Shown here: piece by piece, positions 1 through 8,951 of the stretch | Position numbering within the stretch: position 1 is the first letter of the stretch | Layout: every line of letters begins with the position of its first letter | Assembly (NCBI GenBank): GCA_045401155.1 | Contig: CP174360.1 | Coordinates: 233,403 to 297,402, forward strand | DNA length: 64,000 nucleotides | Origin: Candidatus Minusculum obligatum | Lineage (GTDB): Bacteria > Patescibacteriota > Minisyncoccia > Phycocordibacterales > Phycocordibacteraceae | Direction of reading: 5' to 3' | Translations under genes and position numbers: made by a program | Notes under the pieces: model-generated | The model's input: the letters and a program-made list of their open reading frames with translations, nothing else | The model's database searches: none | What the model was told of the DNA's origin: nothing

Positions 1-32
1 TATCAACAAAAGAGGCTGAGAGTCTAAAAGAG

Positions 33-1247
33 GTGTCTCGAGCAGTATATGCAATGCTCGAAGAGTGTTTTGAAAATACCAACAAAACAACTTTTGTTGT
101 TTCTGGAGAAGAAGATGCGAGTGTTTCTGGGGTGCATACAAAAATTGCGTACGCAACATTTGCTCGTATGCCTACAGAGAAAGCTCATGGTGCGTCTATT
201 GCACATATGTGCACCTCTTTTGTAAAGAGCGGGTTTGAAGTGCAACTTATAACGCCAGAGCGGAAAAATGTAATTGATACAGATATATATGAATACTATG
301 GTGTGCCGAACGTGTTCTCGCACACATATCTATCAGTACGGGATCTGTTATCTTTTTGTACGTCACAACTTTGTTTTTTCTTACAAAAAATATTATTTGC
401 ACGAGCTGTAGCAAAGAAGGCTCTTGCTCCAATTGTGTATACGCGAGATCCAGAGGTTGCGTTTTTCTTGAAGAAAAAGCGTACGGTTGTATTTGAGGCA
501 CACCGCATGCCTTCTGGAGTAAAGGCATCTATTGTTGGGTGGTTGTTGCGCGGAGTTTCTCTTGTTGTTGCAAACTCAAAAGGAACTGCCCAGGCATATG
601 CCTCTCAGGGTATAGAGAATATTGTTGTGGCGCCAAATGGTTTTGATGCAGCATCTTTTGATGTGGCGCATGCAAAAAAAGATGCACGTGCTGATCTTGG
701 AATTAAGGAGAGTATAAATGTTGCAATGTATGTTGGATCGCTAGAGTTGTGGAAGGGTGTGAAGACACTTTTTGAAGCAGCAGAAGGTTTGAGGCAGCAT
801 GGTATTGAAACGGTTGTTATAGGAGGAGGTGACAAGGAAGTAGAAAAACTTAAGGTAAAGTATCGCTCAGTTACATTTCTCGGATTTAAGCCGTATAAGG
901 ATTTGGCAAAAAATCTTCAAGCCGCAGATGTGCTCGTGTTGCCAAATACCAAGAAAGACACGCAGTCATTGAAGTACACGTCTCCTATTAAGCTATTTGG
1001 CTACATGGCCTCTGGGGTTCCTGTTGTTGCTTCAGATATTGAATCTATTCGAGAAGTTCTTACAGAAGATATGGGTGTTTTGGTTGCGCCAGATAATGTA
1101 GATGCACTTATCTCGGGAATTATTGGAGTTGTAGAGAGTGAGGGAAAAGGTCAGGAGCTTGCAGCTAATGCAAAAGAAGAGAGTAAGAAGTACACGTGGG
1201 ATATGCGTGGAAAGGCTGTTACTAGTGCAATACGTAACGTTATATGA
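33..1247 (+). CDS. Glycosyltransferase family 1 (GT4-like, GT-B fold)
   Basis: The 404-aa ORF has a C-terminal half with typical GT1 features: a FLG...K..L....ADVLVLP block and the EGFG-equivalent region 'KLFGYMASGVPVVASD'. The start is uncertain: GTG at 33, an alternative GTG at 132 giving '...HTKIAYATF', and the frame stays open to the window edge. Confidence 0.8.
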   Translation: MSRAVYAMLEECFENTNKTTFVVSGEEDASVSGVHTKIAYATFARMPTEKAHGASIAHMCTSFVKSGFEVQLITPERKNVIDTDIYEYYGVPNVFSHTYLSVRDLLSFCTSQLCFFLQKILFARAVAKKALAPIVYTRDPEVAFFLKKKRTVVFEAHRMPSGVKASIVGWLLRGVSLVVANSKGTAQAYASQGIENIVVAPNGFDAASFDVAHAKKDARADLGIKESINVAMYVGSLELWKGVKTLFEAAEGLRQHGIETVVIGGGDKEVEKLKVKYRSVTFLGFKPYKDLAKNLQAADVLVLPNTKKDTQSLKYTSPIKLFGYMASGVPVVASDIESIREVLTEDMGVLVAPDNVDALISGIIGVVESEGKGQELAANAKEESKKYTWDMRGKAVTSAIRNVI

Positions 1248-2263
1248 AAATCTGTCTTTTTGGTTTTTTTGATCCCTCTTACTCACGCAACAGTATTGTT
1301 GTAAAAAGCCTTTTGGCGTGTGAGGCGGAAGTTGTTTCAGTGCAAAAAGAGAAAGTGAGTTTAGGTGGGATTTTTTCACTCCTATTTTCAATTCCAAAAG
1401 ATATAGATGTTGTGCTTGTGGGATATTCAGATAATCGTATAGGAGTATTGCTCGCAAAAATCTTTTTTAGAGGTCCTGTTATTTGGGATGCATTTTATTC
1501 ACTCTATGATACGCGAGTACATGATAGAAACCTTGTATCAAAACATAATCTAAAAGCCTGGCTATATTGGTTTTTGGATTGGATGAATATTACTCTTGCC
1601 GATGGGTATGTATTTGATACTGCAGCACACAGGGAGTATTTTGAGAAAACGTTTGGTGCAAAAAGAAATAAAGGTAAGGTTTTGTATATTGGTTCAGATA
1701 CAGAAGAAGTTAGCTGTGAGGAGCGGGACGTCATTGGTTTTTATGGAAAGTACATTCCATTGCAGGGGGTTGAAAAAATAGTGGAGGCAGCAGCGTTGCT
1801 GCCCGAGTATTCTTTTGAATTTATTGGTTCAGGGCAAACGTATAAAGCAGTGCAAGAGCGCATAAAAGAACTTGGTGTAGAGAATATTACGTGTATTGAT
1901 CGTCTTCCATACGATGAGCTTATGCAGCGTGTTTGTTCATGGAAGCTCGCACTCGGTATTTTTGGCGCATCAGAGAAAGCGTCTCGTGTAATTCCAAATA
2001 AGATTTATGATGCTGCAGCTTTAGGTAAGGCAATTATCACACTTGATACACCTGCTGTTCGGGAATTATTTGTACACGATAGAGACATTATTCTTGTAGA
2101 TGGAAGTCCGGAGTCTGTTGCAAGGGAGATTAAAGACCTCATGGAGGACGCTGAACGCAGAGTGCGTATTGGAGACTCTGCAAAGATGCTTTCAAAGAAA
2201 AAACTGGCAAAGAAAGTGCTTGGCATAGAGCTTATTTCCTTTTTGCGTAAATACGTGGGATAG
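1244..2263 (+). CDS. Glycosyltransferase, GT1-like (GT-B fold)
   Basis: 339 aa. The C-terminal region 'NKIYDAAALGKAIITLD...DIILVD' resembles the GT1 nucleotide-sugar binding domain. There is a 4-nt start/stop overlap with the upstream GT, suggesting translational coupling. Confidence 0.65.
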   Translation: MKICLFGFFDPSYSRNSIVVKSLLACEAEVVSVQKEKVSLGGIFSLLFSIPKDIDVVLVGYSDNRIGVLLAKIFFRGPVIWDAFYSLYDTRVHDRNLVSKHNLKAWLYWFLDWMNITLADGYVFDTAAHREYFEKTFGAKRNKGKVLYIGSDTEEVSCEERDVIGFYGKYIPLQGVEKIVEAAALLPEYSFEFIGSGQTYKAVQERIKELGVENITCIDRLPYDELMQRVCSWKLALGIFGASEKASRVIPNKIYDAAALGKAIITLDTPAVRELFVHDRDIILVDGSPESVAREIKDLMEDAERRVRIGDSAKMLSKKKLAKKVLGIELISFLRKYVG

Positions 2264-2279
2264 GGCACTATAACTATAT

Positions 2280-3596
2280 ATGGAGCAGAAAAGCTACTAC
2301 AATACGCGTACTCCGTACGAGAAAATATCTCGAGGTAGATACGAGTCTATCGCTCGTCTTCTTAAGAAAAAGAACGTGCGTGCGGTTCTTGATATTGGTT
2401 GTGGTGTAGGAGGTCTTGGAAAAAAGTTAAAAGAGGACGGTATTGTTTCTTCTGTATACGGTCTTGATATCTCTAAGGAGGCTGTGGGAGAGGCAAAGAG
2501 CGTACTTGATGGCGCGTGGGTATTTGATGCAGAGAGTAATTCTTTCCCCAAAGAAGTTCCGCTTGAAGATGTTGATATCATTATTATTTCAGAAGTACTA
2601 GAGCATCTTTTTGATCCAGAAGAATTTCTTAAAAATGTTCGGGCGGTATCTAGTGCACCGATTTTAATTTCAGTTCCAAACATTCTCTTCTGGAAAAATA
2701 GATTAAAGTTATTGTTTGGTTCATTTCGGTATACACAAAGCGGTCTGATGGATCGGGGTCACATTCGTTTCTTTACACCAGACACGCTCAAAGAAACGCT
2801 TATTCGTGCGGGGTATGAGACTGTTGGTACAGACCATGTCTTCCCAACACGTATCACATCACTTTTAAATAACGTCTTCCCGGGCTTGTTTGCCCGGCAG
2901 TTTGTTGTATTGGCAGATCCTATCGATGTGCTGGTATATACTGCAATATTTGGAAAGTACGACACGCTTGCACCAGCGCCATCTATTCCAGGAGTTGCTT
3001 TTGTTTGCGTAACTGATTCAGAGAAATACAAAGTTTCGGGATGGACGATGCAATATATGGAGCCACAGTATGAAGATGTGGTGCGTAATGCACGGTTTGT
3101 AAAAGTAAATCCGCACATTGTATTTCGGCACATTCCTACAAGCATCTGGATAGATGGAAATATTTCTGTTGTTGGAGATGTAAAAGAGGCCTTGGAAAAG
3201 TATCTTGCAGATGGCGTGTCTATGGCCGTGTATGACCATGGGTCAACTGTAGGAGATGCTCGCACCTCGCTTTTTGAAGAGGCAGGTGTGCTTATCGCTT
3301 CAGGAAAGAAGGATGATCCAGAGGTGATGCAGAAACAGATTGATCGATATAAGGAGGAGGGGTATGCGGATGATCAAGGGCTTATCTCAAGTATGGTTAT
3401 GTTTCGTCGGCATATGGATCCTGTGCTTCAGAAGGGTCTTTCTCGTTGGTGGGAAGAAATAGAGGGAGGCAGCCGTCGTGATCAGCTCTCATTTAATTAT
3501 GCGATGTGGAAAGAGGGCGTGCCATTTACATATATAAAGGAAGATTCTCGAAATAATGCATATTTCGTACATGTTCCACATAAGAAGCGATCATGA
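2280..3596 (+). CDS. Fusion protein: class I SAM-dependent methyltransferase domain + DUF616-like putative glycosyltransferase domain
   Basis: The N-terminus carries SAM motif I 'VLDIGCGVGGLG' and a post-I acidic 'ISEVLEHL' block. The C-terminal ~240 aa ('YTAIFGKYD...IWIDGNISV...RRDQLSFNYAMW') resembles DUF616 (TOD1/MUCI70-like) as recalled from memory. Confidence 0.6.
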   Translation: MEQKSYYNTRTPYEKISRGRYESIARLLKKKNVRAVLDIGCGVGGLGKKLKEDGIVSSVYGLDISKEAVGEAKSVLDGAWVFDAESNSFPKEVPLEDVDIIIISEVLEHLFDPEEFLKNVRAVSSAPILISVPNILFWKNRLKLLFGSFRYTQSGLMDRGHIRFFTPDTLKETLIRAGYETVGTDHVFPTRITSLLNNVFPGLFARQFVVLADPIDVLVYTAIFGKYDTLAPAPSIPGVAFVCVTDSEKYKVSGWTMQYMEPQYEDVVRNARFVKVNPHIVFRHIPTSIWIDGNISVVGDVKEALEKYLADGVSMAVYDHGSTVGDARTSLFEEAGVLIASGKKDDPEVMQKQIDRYKEEGYADDQGLISSMVMFRRHMDPVLQKGLSRWWEEIEGGSRRDQLSFNYAMWKEGVPFTYIKEDSRNNAYFVHVPHKKRS

Positions 3597-4444
3597 AAGT
3601 AAGTGTAGTTATTCCAACGTACAATAGAGTAGATCTCCTAAAGAAGGCGATTGATTCTGTCGCAGCACAAACGTATAGAGATTTTGAAATTATCGTAGTT
3701 GATGATGGAGAAGACTCTCCAGAGGAAATGCTCGCCGCATTTTCAAACCTCTCTATTACGTATCATAAGAATGAAAAGAAGTTAGGTGGTGGCGGGTCTC
3801 GCAATAAAGGAGTGTCGCTTGCAGCACATGATGTTATTGCATTTTTAGATGATGATGACTCTTGGGTTCCCGAAAAGCTGGAGAAGCAGGTGGCAGCACT
3901 AAGGGAACACAAAGAAGCTCTATTTTGTTTTTGCGCGGTACTAAATGTGTTTCCAGATAAGGAAGAGCGCACGCATGTAGTAGAAGGGCTTTCTGATGTA
4001 CATCTACTATCTCTTCGTCGATTCAAAGGTTTTCTTACAAGCGGGCTTGTTGTGTATAAGGATGTGTTTGAGCGTATTGGTGGATTTGATGCTACCTTTC
4101 CAAGTCATCAAGAAGCTGAGCTTATGATTAGACTCTCGAGAGAGGGTAAGGGTGTTGGTATAGATGAACCACTTGTTCGCATGAACTTAGCGCATGGGAG
4201 AGATCATATTGGCGGAAATATAGAGCGAAGAATTAAAGGAAGAGAAATGCTTTTAAAAAAGCATGAAGGAGTATATAAAGAACATAAGGATATATATGCG
4301 CTTCAGTGGTACCGGCTCTCCTTTTTATACAGAGATGCTAAAAAAAGCGTTGTCGCAGCTTCATGCCTGCTTCATGCCTGGAGATTTAGTCTGAACCCGT
4401 ATTACCTGATCAGGTGCATTGTAATGTTGGTTTTTAAAAGGTAG
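3593..4444 (+). CDS. Glycosyltransferase family 2
   Basis: N-terminal 'VSVVIPTYNRVDLLKKAIDSVAAQTYRDFEIIVVDDGED' is a classic GT-A/GT2 signature with a DxD-like 'DDDD' block. It overlaps the upstream stop by 4 nt. Confidence 0.8.
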   Translation: MKVSVVIPTYNRVDLLKKAIDSVAAQTYRDFEIIVVDDGEDSPEEMLAAFSNLSITYHKNEKKLGGGGSRNKGVSLAAHDVIAFLDDDDSWVPEKLEKQVAALREHKEALFCFCAVLNVFPDKEERTHVVEGLSDVHLLSLRRFKGFLTSGLVVYKDVFERIGGFDATFPSHQEAELMIRLSREGKGVGIDEPLVRMNLAHGRDHIGGNIERRIKGREMLLKKHEGVYKEHKDIYALQWYRLSFLYRDAKKSVVAASCLLHAWRFSLNPYYLIRCIVMLVFKR

Positions 4445-4448
4445 TATT

Positions 4449-5174
4449 TTGGACATGAGAAATTTTGTAAAAGAGTTTAAGAGGCGAAACCTATATTTGA
4501 AGGGTGGAAGAGAAATTTTTTATGATCTTGCTGGAGAGTACCTTCCAGAAAACGATGATGCGGTTGTTGTTGATGTGGGTAGTGGCTTTGGTGTTTTTGC
4601 AAAACACCTGGGGCTGCATGACAGGTATAAGAACCTTCACCTTCTTGATGGAAGCAAAGAGGCTTTTAGAGTTGTTCCTCTAACTACGCTCTACACAATA
4701 CCTGAAAAACTTCCTTTTAAAGATGAAAGTGTAGATTTTTTGCACGCAAGCCATATCGTTGAGCATTTGTACTATGAAGACCTGCATTTTTTCATGAAAG
4801 AAGTAAATAGAACACTTAAAAATGGAGGAGTCTTTGTGGTAAGTGCACCGTTGTTTTGGAAGAAGTTTTTTGGGAATCTAACACACATAAAGCCATATGA
4901 GCCGAGAATGTTTGAGCGTTATTTAGGTCCGGAGGGAAATGGCCCTACGGCAGGCACAACACTTCCTAAAATTGCAGACACTTTCCATACTGAACGCCTA
5001 GAGTACAGGTATACAGAGCACGGGAGTGTTAGCGAGCTTGGATCTCGTTACTTCGTTGTTGATGTTTTAATGAAAATTACCCAGAATATCTTATGGCATT
5101 TTGGATTTAGGAGGTATCAAAAGAACGGTTATACGCTCGTGCTTAGAAAATTAGAGTCTGTTGAAAAGAAATAA
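4449..5174 (+). CDS. Class I SAM-dependent methyltransferase
   Basis: Motif I 'VVVDVGSGFGVFAKHL', the 'ASHIVEHL' block and 'LKNGGVFVVSAP' match the Methyltransf_11/23-like fold. Confidence 0.7.
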   Translation: MDMRNFVKEFKRRNLYLKGGREIFYDLAGEYLPENDDAVVVDVGSGFGVFAKHLGLHDRYKNLHLLDGSKEAFRVVPLTTLYTIPEKLPFKDESVDFLHASHIVEHLYYEDLHFFMKEVNRTLKNGGVFVVSAPLFWKKFFGNLTHIKPYEPRMFERYLGPEGNGPTAGTTLPKIADTFHTERLEYRYTEHGSVSELGSRYFVVDVLMKITQNILWHFGFRRYQKNGYTLVLRKLESVEKK

Positions 5175-6422
5175 AAGGAGGGCAATTCCAATTGCTCTAG
5201 AAGAGACAAGAGCATATATTGCACCCCAAAGCCCAAAGAGTGGAAGCAGTATAAGTAGTAGTGTTATCCGAACAATAGGCATTGTAATTTGAATAACATA
5301 AAGCTCTTTTGTGCGCATGTGTGCTGTTAGAACATTTGAAAAAAACATTGAAGGTAATGCAAGAAGAGTGAGAGAGAATATCTGAGAGTACGGAACAGCG
5401 TTTAAATAAAGAGGGAAAAAGATTTTAAATATATATGGCGCTGTAACAATATATAGCCCTACAACAAAAGTAATAAAGATAAAAAATAAGAATGCCTTGC
5501 GCGGCACACTTTCTTTTAGGCGATCTAATTTCTGCGTGCTTGTTTTGGGCAGGAGTAGTGTTGAAATAATTCTAGAAGACCCTTGTATTTGAGAAGGGAT
5601 TCCTGTTGCAAAGGCATATATTGCAGTTGGTAGTGCTCCTAGGAAGTGAAAAACAAGAATAGTATCAACATTATTGGCAACACTTCCAAGTATATTCATA
5701 AGACTTAGGTGAAGTCCGTAGGCGGGAAGTTCAGGGTCTGTTTTTTTCTCGGAACTTACATTTTTTTGTACGTATACAAAAAACACGAAAGAGATCAACG
5801 CGTGAGAAAAGAAGTGGGCAAATAAAATCAAAAGCACTTCTTTTGTAACTAAGAGAGTTGCAATAATTGTTGCGGTTGCAAGTGTGTTACGTATAAGAAA
5901 TAAGATTGTTTTTGTTTTAAACTTTTTCTTTCCAACAAGAAAAGCGTCATAGTAACCACCTGCTATGGATATTATTGAAAATACTCCTCCCAAAAGAATT
6001 CCACCTGCAAGAGTTAAGTTTTGATTTAGGAAGTAGTAGGCTCCAAGTCCTAAAGCTATAGTGATTGGAATAAAGCTCCAACGAATTTGAGTTAGAAAAC
6101 CTTGTAACAGCGCTCCATCAAAACCTTTTGCTGCAGAGCGTGTGATTGCCGCAGCCATGCTAGAAAGGGAAAATGCTGTAATAATTCCAACAATTGCAAG
6201 CACAAACTTATAATTGCCATACGTTGTCGCGGGGAGAAGGTTTGCAAAAAGAACAGTAAGGAGGAAAGTTAAGAAAATTCCGCCTATTTGGCCAACACTA
6301 AGCCAAAAGCCTCCATGGGCAAGGTAGACCATGTCTGTTTTTGTATATTTTTCACTCCATCTGAGTGTTTGCACAAGCATGTTTCTCATAAATATAAGTA
6401 TAGCAGCGAAGTTTGGTACCAT
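5151..6422 (-). CDS. Polysaccharide/oligosaccharide flippase (Wzx-like, MOP superfamily) membrane protein
   Basis: 423 aa and hydrophobic throughout with about 12 predicted TM helices. Its position inside a GT locus and its length are typical of Wzx/MurJ-like flippases. Confidence 0.7.
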   Translation of the reverse strand: MVPNFAAILIFMRNMLVQTLRWSEKYTKTDMVYLAHGGFWLSVGQIGGIFLTFLLTVLFANLLPATTYGNYKFVLAIVGIITAFSLSSMAAAITRSAAKGFDGALLQGFLTQIRWSFIPITIALGLGAYYFLNQNLTLAGGILLGGVFSIISIAGGYYDAFLVGKKKFKTKTILFLIRNTLATATIIATLLVTKEVLLILFAHFFSHALISFVFFVYVQKNVSSEKKTDPELPAYGLHLSLMNILGSVANNVDTILVFHFLGALPTAIYAFATGIPSQIQGSSRIISTLLLPKTSTQKLDRLKESVPRKAFLFFIFITFVVGLYIVTAPYIFKIFFPLYLNAVPYSQIFSLTLLALPSMFFSNVLTAHMRTKELYVIQITMPIVRITLLLILLPLFGLWGAIYALVSSRAIGIALLLFLFNRL

Positions 6423-6429
6423 AGTACAT

Positions 6430-6762
6430 ATGTACCTCTGGCTTGCAATTAGTTTTATCGCTGGCGTTTTTATAGGAAGAATGTTTTTAGGTAAGAAACA
6501 TAATGTTTTTTCTCATAAAGAAGCTGTAGAGTTTGGTAAAAAAGGAAGGGAGGCTCAGCAAGAAAGGGTGCAGCGCCGAAAAGAAAGAATTTTGGCGTAT
6601 GCAATAAAGAAGGGGAGAGTTGTAAATGATGATGCAGAAGACATGTTTTGCATTAGTGACTCTACGGCGTATAAGTATTTGCGCGAGTTAACTGATGAGG
6701 GAAAGCTAGAGAAACATGGGGAAGGTAGAGATACGTACTATGTGCCCATAAAGACACAGTAA
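6430..6762 (+). CDS. Small membrane-anchored protein with C-terminal winged-helix (HTH) domain
   Basis: Starting at ATG 6430 ('MYLWLAISFIAGVFIG', one TM) avoids overlap with the convergent flippase. The C-terminal 'RILAYAIKKGRVVNDDAEDMFCISDSTAYKYLRELTDEGKLEKHGEGRDTYYV' looks like a wHTH DNA-binding domain (DeoR/MarR-like). Confidence 0.45.
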   Translation: MYLWLAISFIAGVFIGRMFLGKKHNVFSHKEAVEFGKKGREAQQERVQRRKERILAYAIKKGRVVNDDAEDMFCISDSTAYKYLRELTDEGKLEKHGEGRDTYYVPIKTQ

Positions 6763-6771
6763 TAATTTGTA

Positions 6772-8628
6772 ATGAAAAAAGCACTTACATATTTTCTTGT
6801 CGGAATTACATTTTGTATAACCATTTTGCCGCTGCTGGTGTTTGATGGTCTATTTTTTCCATTTATTACGAGCAAGGCATTTGCATTTAGGTTTCTTGTT
6901 GAGTTTGGGGTAATTGCATTGTTGCTTCTTGCAACAATGGATAAGAAATTTATTCCAAAAATTACTCCGGTAACGGTATTCTTTTTTGTATTTGTAGGAG
7001 TAATGTTAATCGCAGATCTTTTGGGTCTTAATGTTACGCGAAGTGTATGGAGTAATTTTGAGCGTATGGAGGGGTGGGTAATGTTGGCGCACTTGTTTGG
7101 GCTGTTTCTTATATTTGATCGAGTGCTTTTTGTTAATGAATTATGGAAGCGTTTTTTACAGGCATCTCTAGGAGTTTCATTTTTGGTTGGGGTTCATGGC
7201 GCAGCTCAGCTTTTAGGATATGCAGAAATTCACCAGGGAGGTGTACGTCTTGATGCAAACTTTGGAAACGCAACATATCTTGCGGTATATACACTATTTC
7301 ATATCTTCTTTGCAGCATGGCTATTCTTTTCTACAAAGGTATCGTGGTTGCGATTCTTATACGTCGGAGTTGGTGCACTGAATCTTGTACTTTTGTACTT
7401 TAGTGGGACACGTGGTGCGCTTCTTGGTCTTATTGGAGGAGTGTTTGTGTCATTGCTTGTATATGGGTTTGCGAAGAAGAGTAAAAAAATACTTTCATTT
7501 GGACTAGGGTTTGTTTTGCTATCAGTCTTAGGTTTGGGAGTATTAAGTGCATATAAAGAGCACTCAGTTATTAAGGACGATCCTGTGCTTACACGTATTG
7601 CGGACATCTCGTTTCAGGCAGGAGAGACACGTTTTCGTATTTGGGATATCGCACTACAGGGATTTTATGAGCGACCACTTTTAGGTTGGGGGCAAGGGAA
7701 TTTCAATCTAGTATTTTCTAAGTATTACAATCCAAAACTTTATGCACAGGAGCCGTGGTTTGATCGTGCACACAATGTGTTTCTTGATTGGTTGATTGCA
7801 GGAGGAGCTTTTGGACTGTTGGCATATCTTCTGTTTTTCCTCTCCCTCTTTTTCTTTGTGTGGAGAGGTTCTTTTAGTCCAACAGAGAAAGGTCTTGTTA
7901 TAGGAGCATTAAGTGCGTATGCAATAAATAATTTATTTGTATTTGATAATCTTTTGAGTTACGTACCGTTTGTGTTTATTGCCGCGTTTGTAAGTAGTAG
8001 GGTTGTCAGGACATATAGCTTGCCAAAGATTTTACTACCCATCTCTATCACTCAGTCTCTCATTATTATTATTGGACTGTGTGTGGTGTATGTAGTGAAT
8101 ATCCCAGCGCTAAATGCAAATGGCGCGCTGCTTCGTGCACTTAACGGCACATATGCGCTTGAAGAGCGTCGTACATTCTTTGTAGAGGCGCTTTCATATA
8201 ACTCGTTTGCAGATCAAGAGATTCGAGAGCAGATGGTGCAGGTTGCGCTTTTGGGTGTGCGTAGCCCAAATCTTTCAGACCAGGCAAAGTTTGCACTTAT
8301 TGCTGATGCTGCTATTGAGATAGGGAAGCAAGCGCAGATTATGGAAGAGAGTGCTCGTATTCATATATTGTATGGAATCATGCTTCGTCTTCTTGGAAGC
8401 TTTGAAGATGCAGAAGTTGTGTTAGAGCGCGCATATAATGCCGCGCCAAACAAGCAAAGTGTTATTTTTGAATATGCACTCACAAAAGATCTTTTAGGTA
8501 AGCAAGAAGAGGCTGTTGCGTTGTTTAAGAAGGCGTATGAGTTAGAGCCAGGTTATTCAAAGGCAGAAGAGCTGTACCGTGCCATACTTGAAAAATATGA
8601 AAATTCTGCTATAGTATCGCCTAAGTGA
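6772..8628 (+). CDS. O-antigen ligase/polymerase family (Wzy_C) membrane protein with C-terminal TPR repeats
   Basis: Multi-TM N-terminal region with 'FSGTRGALLGLIGG', 'RFRIWDIALQGFYERPLLGWGQGNF' and 'AHNVFLDWL', matching Wzy_C/WaaL/PglL-type signatures. The C-terminal ~200 aa is TPR-like helical repeats ('EDAEVVLERAYNAAPNK...EEAVALFKKAYELEPGYSKAEELY'). Confidence 0.75.
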   Translation: MKKALTYFLVGITFCITILPLLVFDGLFFPFITSKAFAFRFLVEFGVIALLLLATMDKKFIPKITPVTVFFFVFVGVMLIADLLGLNVTRSVWSNFERMEGWVMLAHLFGLFLIFDRVLFVNELWKRFLQASLGVSFLVGVHGAAQLLGYAEIHQGGVRLDANFGNATYLAVYTLFHIFFAAWLFFSTKVSWLRFLYVGVGALNLVLLYFSGTRGALLGLIGGVFVSLLVYGFAKKSKKILSFGLGFVLLSVLGLGVLSAYKEHSVIKDDPVLTRIADISFQAGETRFRIWDIALQGFYERPLLGWGQGNFNLVFSKYYNPKLYAQEPWFDRAHNVFLDWLIAGGAFGLLAYLLFFLSLFFFVWRGSFSPTEKGLVIGALSAYAINNLFVFDNLLSYVPFVFIAAFVSSRVVRTYSLPKILLPISITQSLIIIIGLCVVYVVNIPALNANGALLRALNGTYALEERRTFFVEALSYNSFADQEIREQMVQVALLGVRSPNLSDQAKFALIADAAIEIGKQAQIMEESARIHILYGIMLRLLGSFEDAEVVLERAYNAAPNKQSVIFEYALTKDLLGKQEEAVALFKKAYELEPGYSKAEELYRAILEKYENSAIVSPK

Positions 8629-8659
8629 GTGCTTTGAGCGCACACCGATGTTTGTAGAG

Positions 8660-8684
8660 ATCCGCCTTTCGGCGGATTTTTGCA
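8660..8684 (+). terminator. Rho-independent terminator hairpin
   Basis: Stem ATCCGCC/GGCGGAT with a TTTC loop followed by a T-run (TTTTTGCATTTTTT), 30 nt after the stop of the upstream + strand gene. Confidence 0.5.
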
Positions 8685-8951
8685 TTTTTTACAACTCCTC
8701 TATACACTATATATAGTTTGTAGGAAGAAGTGGGGGCGGCTGCACTCACGTATTAACATCGGTGGAGCTCGCACCCGTCCCCGCTTCTCTCTAGAAACAA
8801 TCTACATAAACTACGTAGTTACAATTTATCCACACAAAACATGATTCATGCGTCATGTTTTTTGTTTTGTGTTCGATAATACATGCATGGACACGCAGGT
8901 GAGTTCCTGCAACAGGGGTCGACTTTTATTTCAGTAAACTACGTAGATTCT

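Noticed and set aside
6331-6429. Longer start (6331) for the TM-wHTH gene.
   Set aside because: It would overlap the 5' end of the convergently read flippase gene by 92 nt. An internal ATG at 6430 gives a non-overlapping gene beginning with the TM helix.
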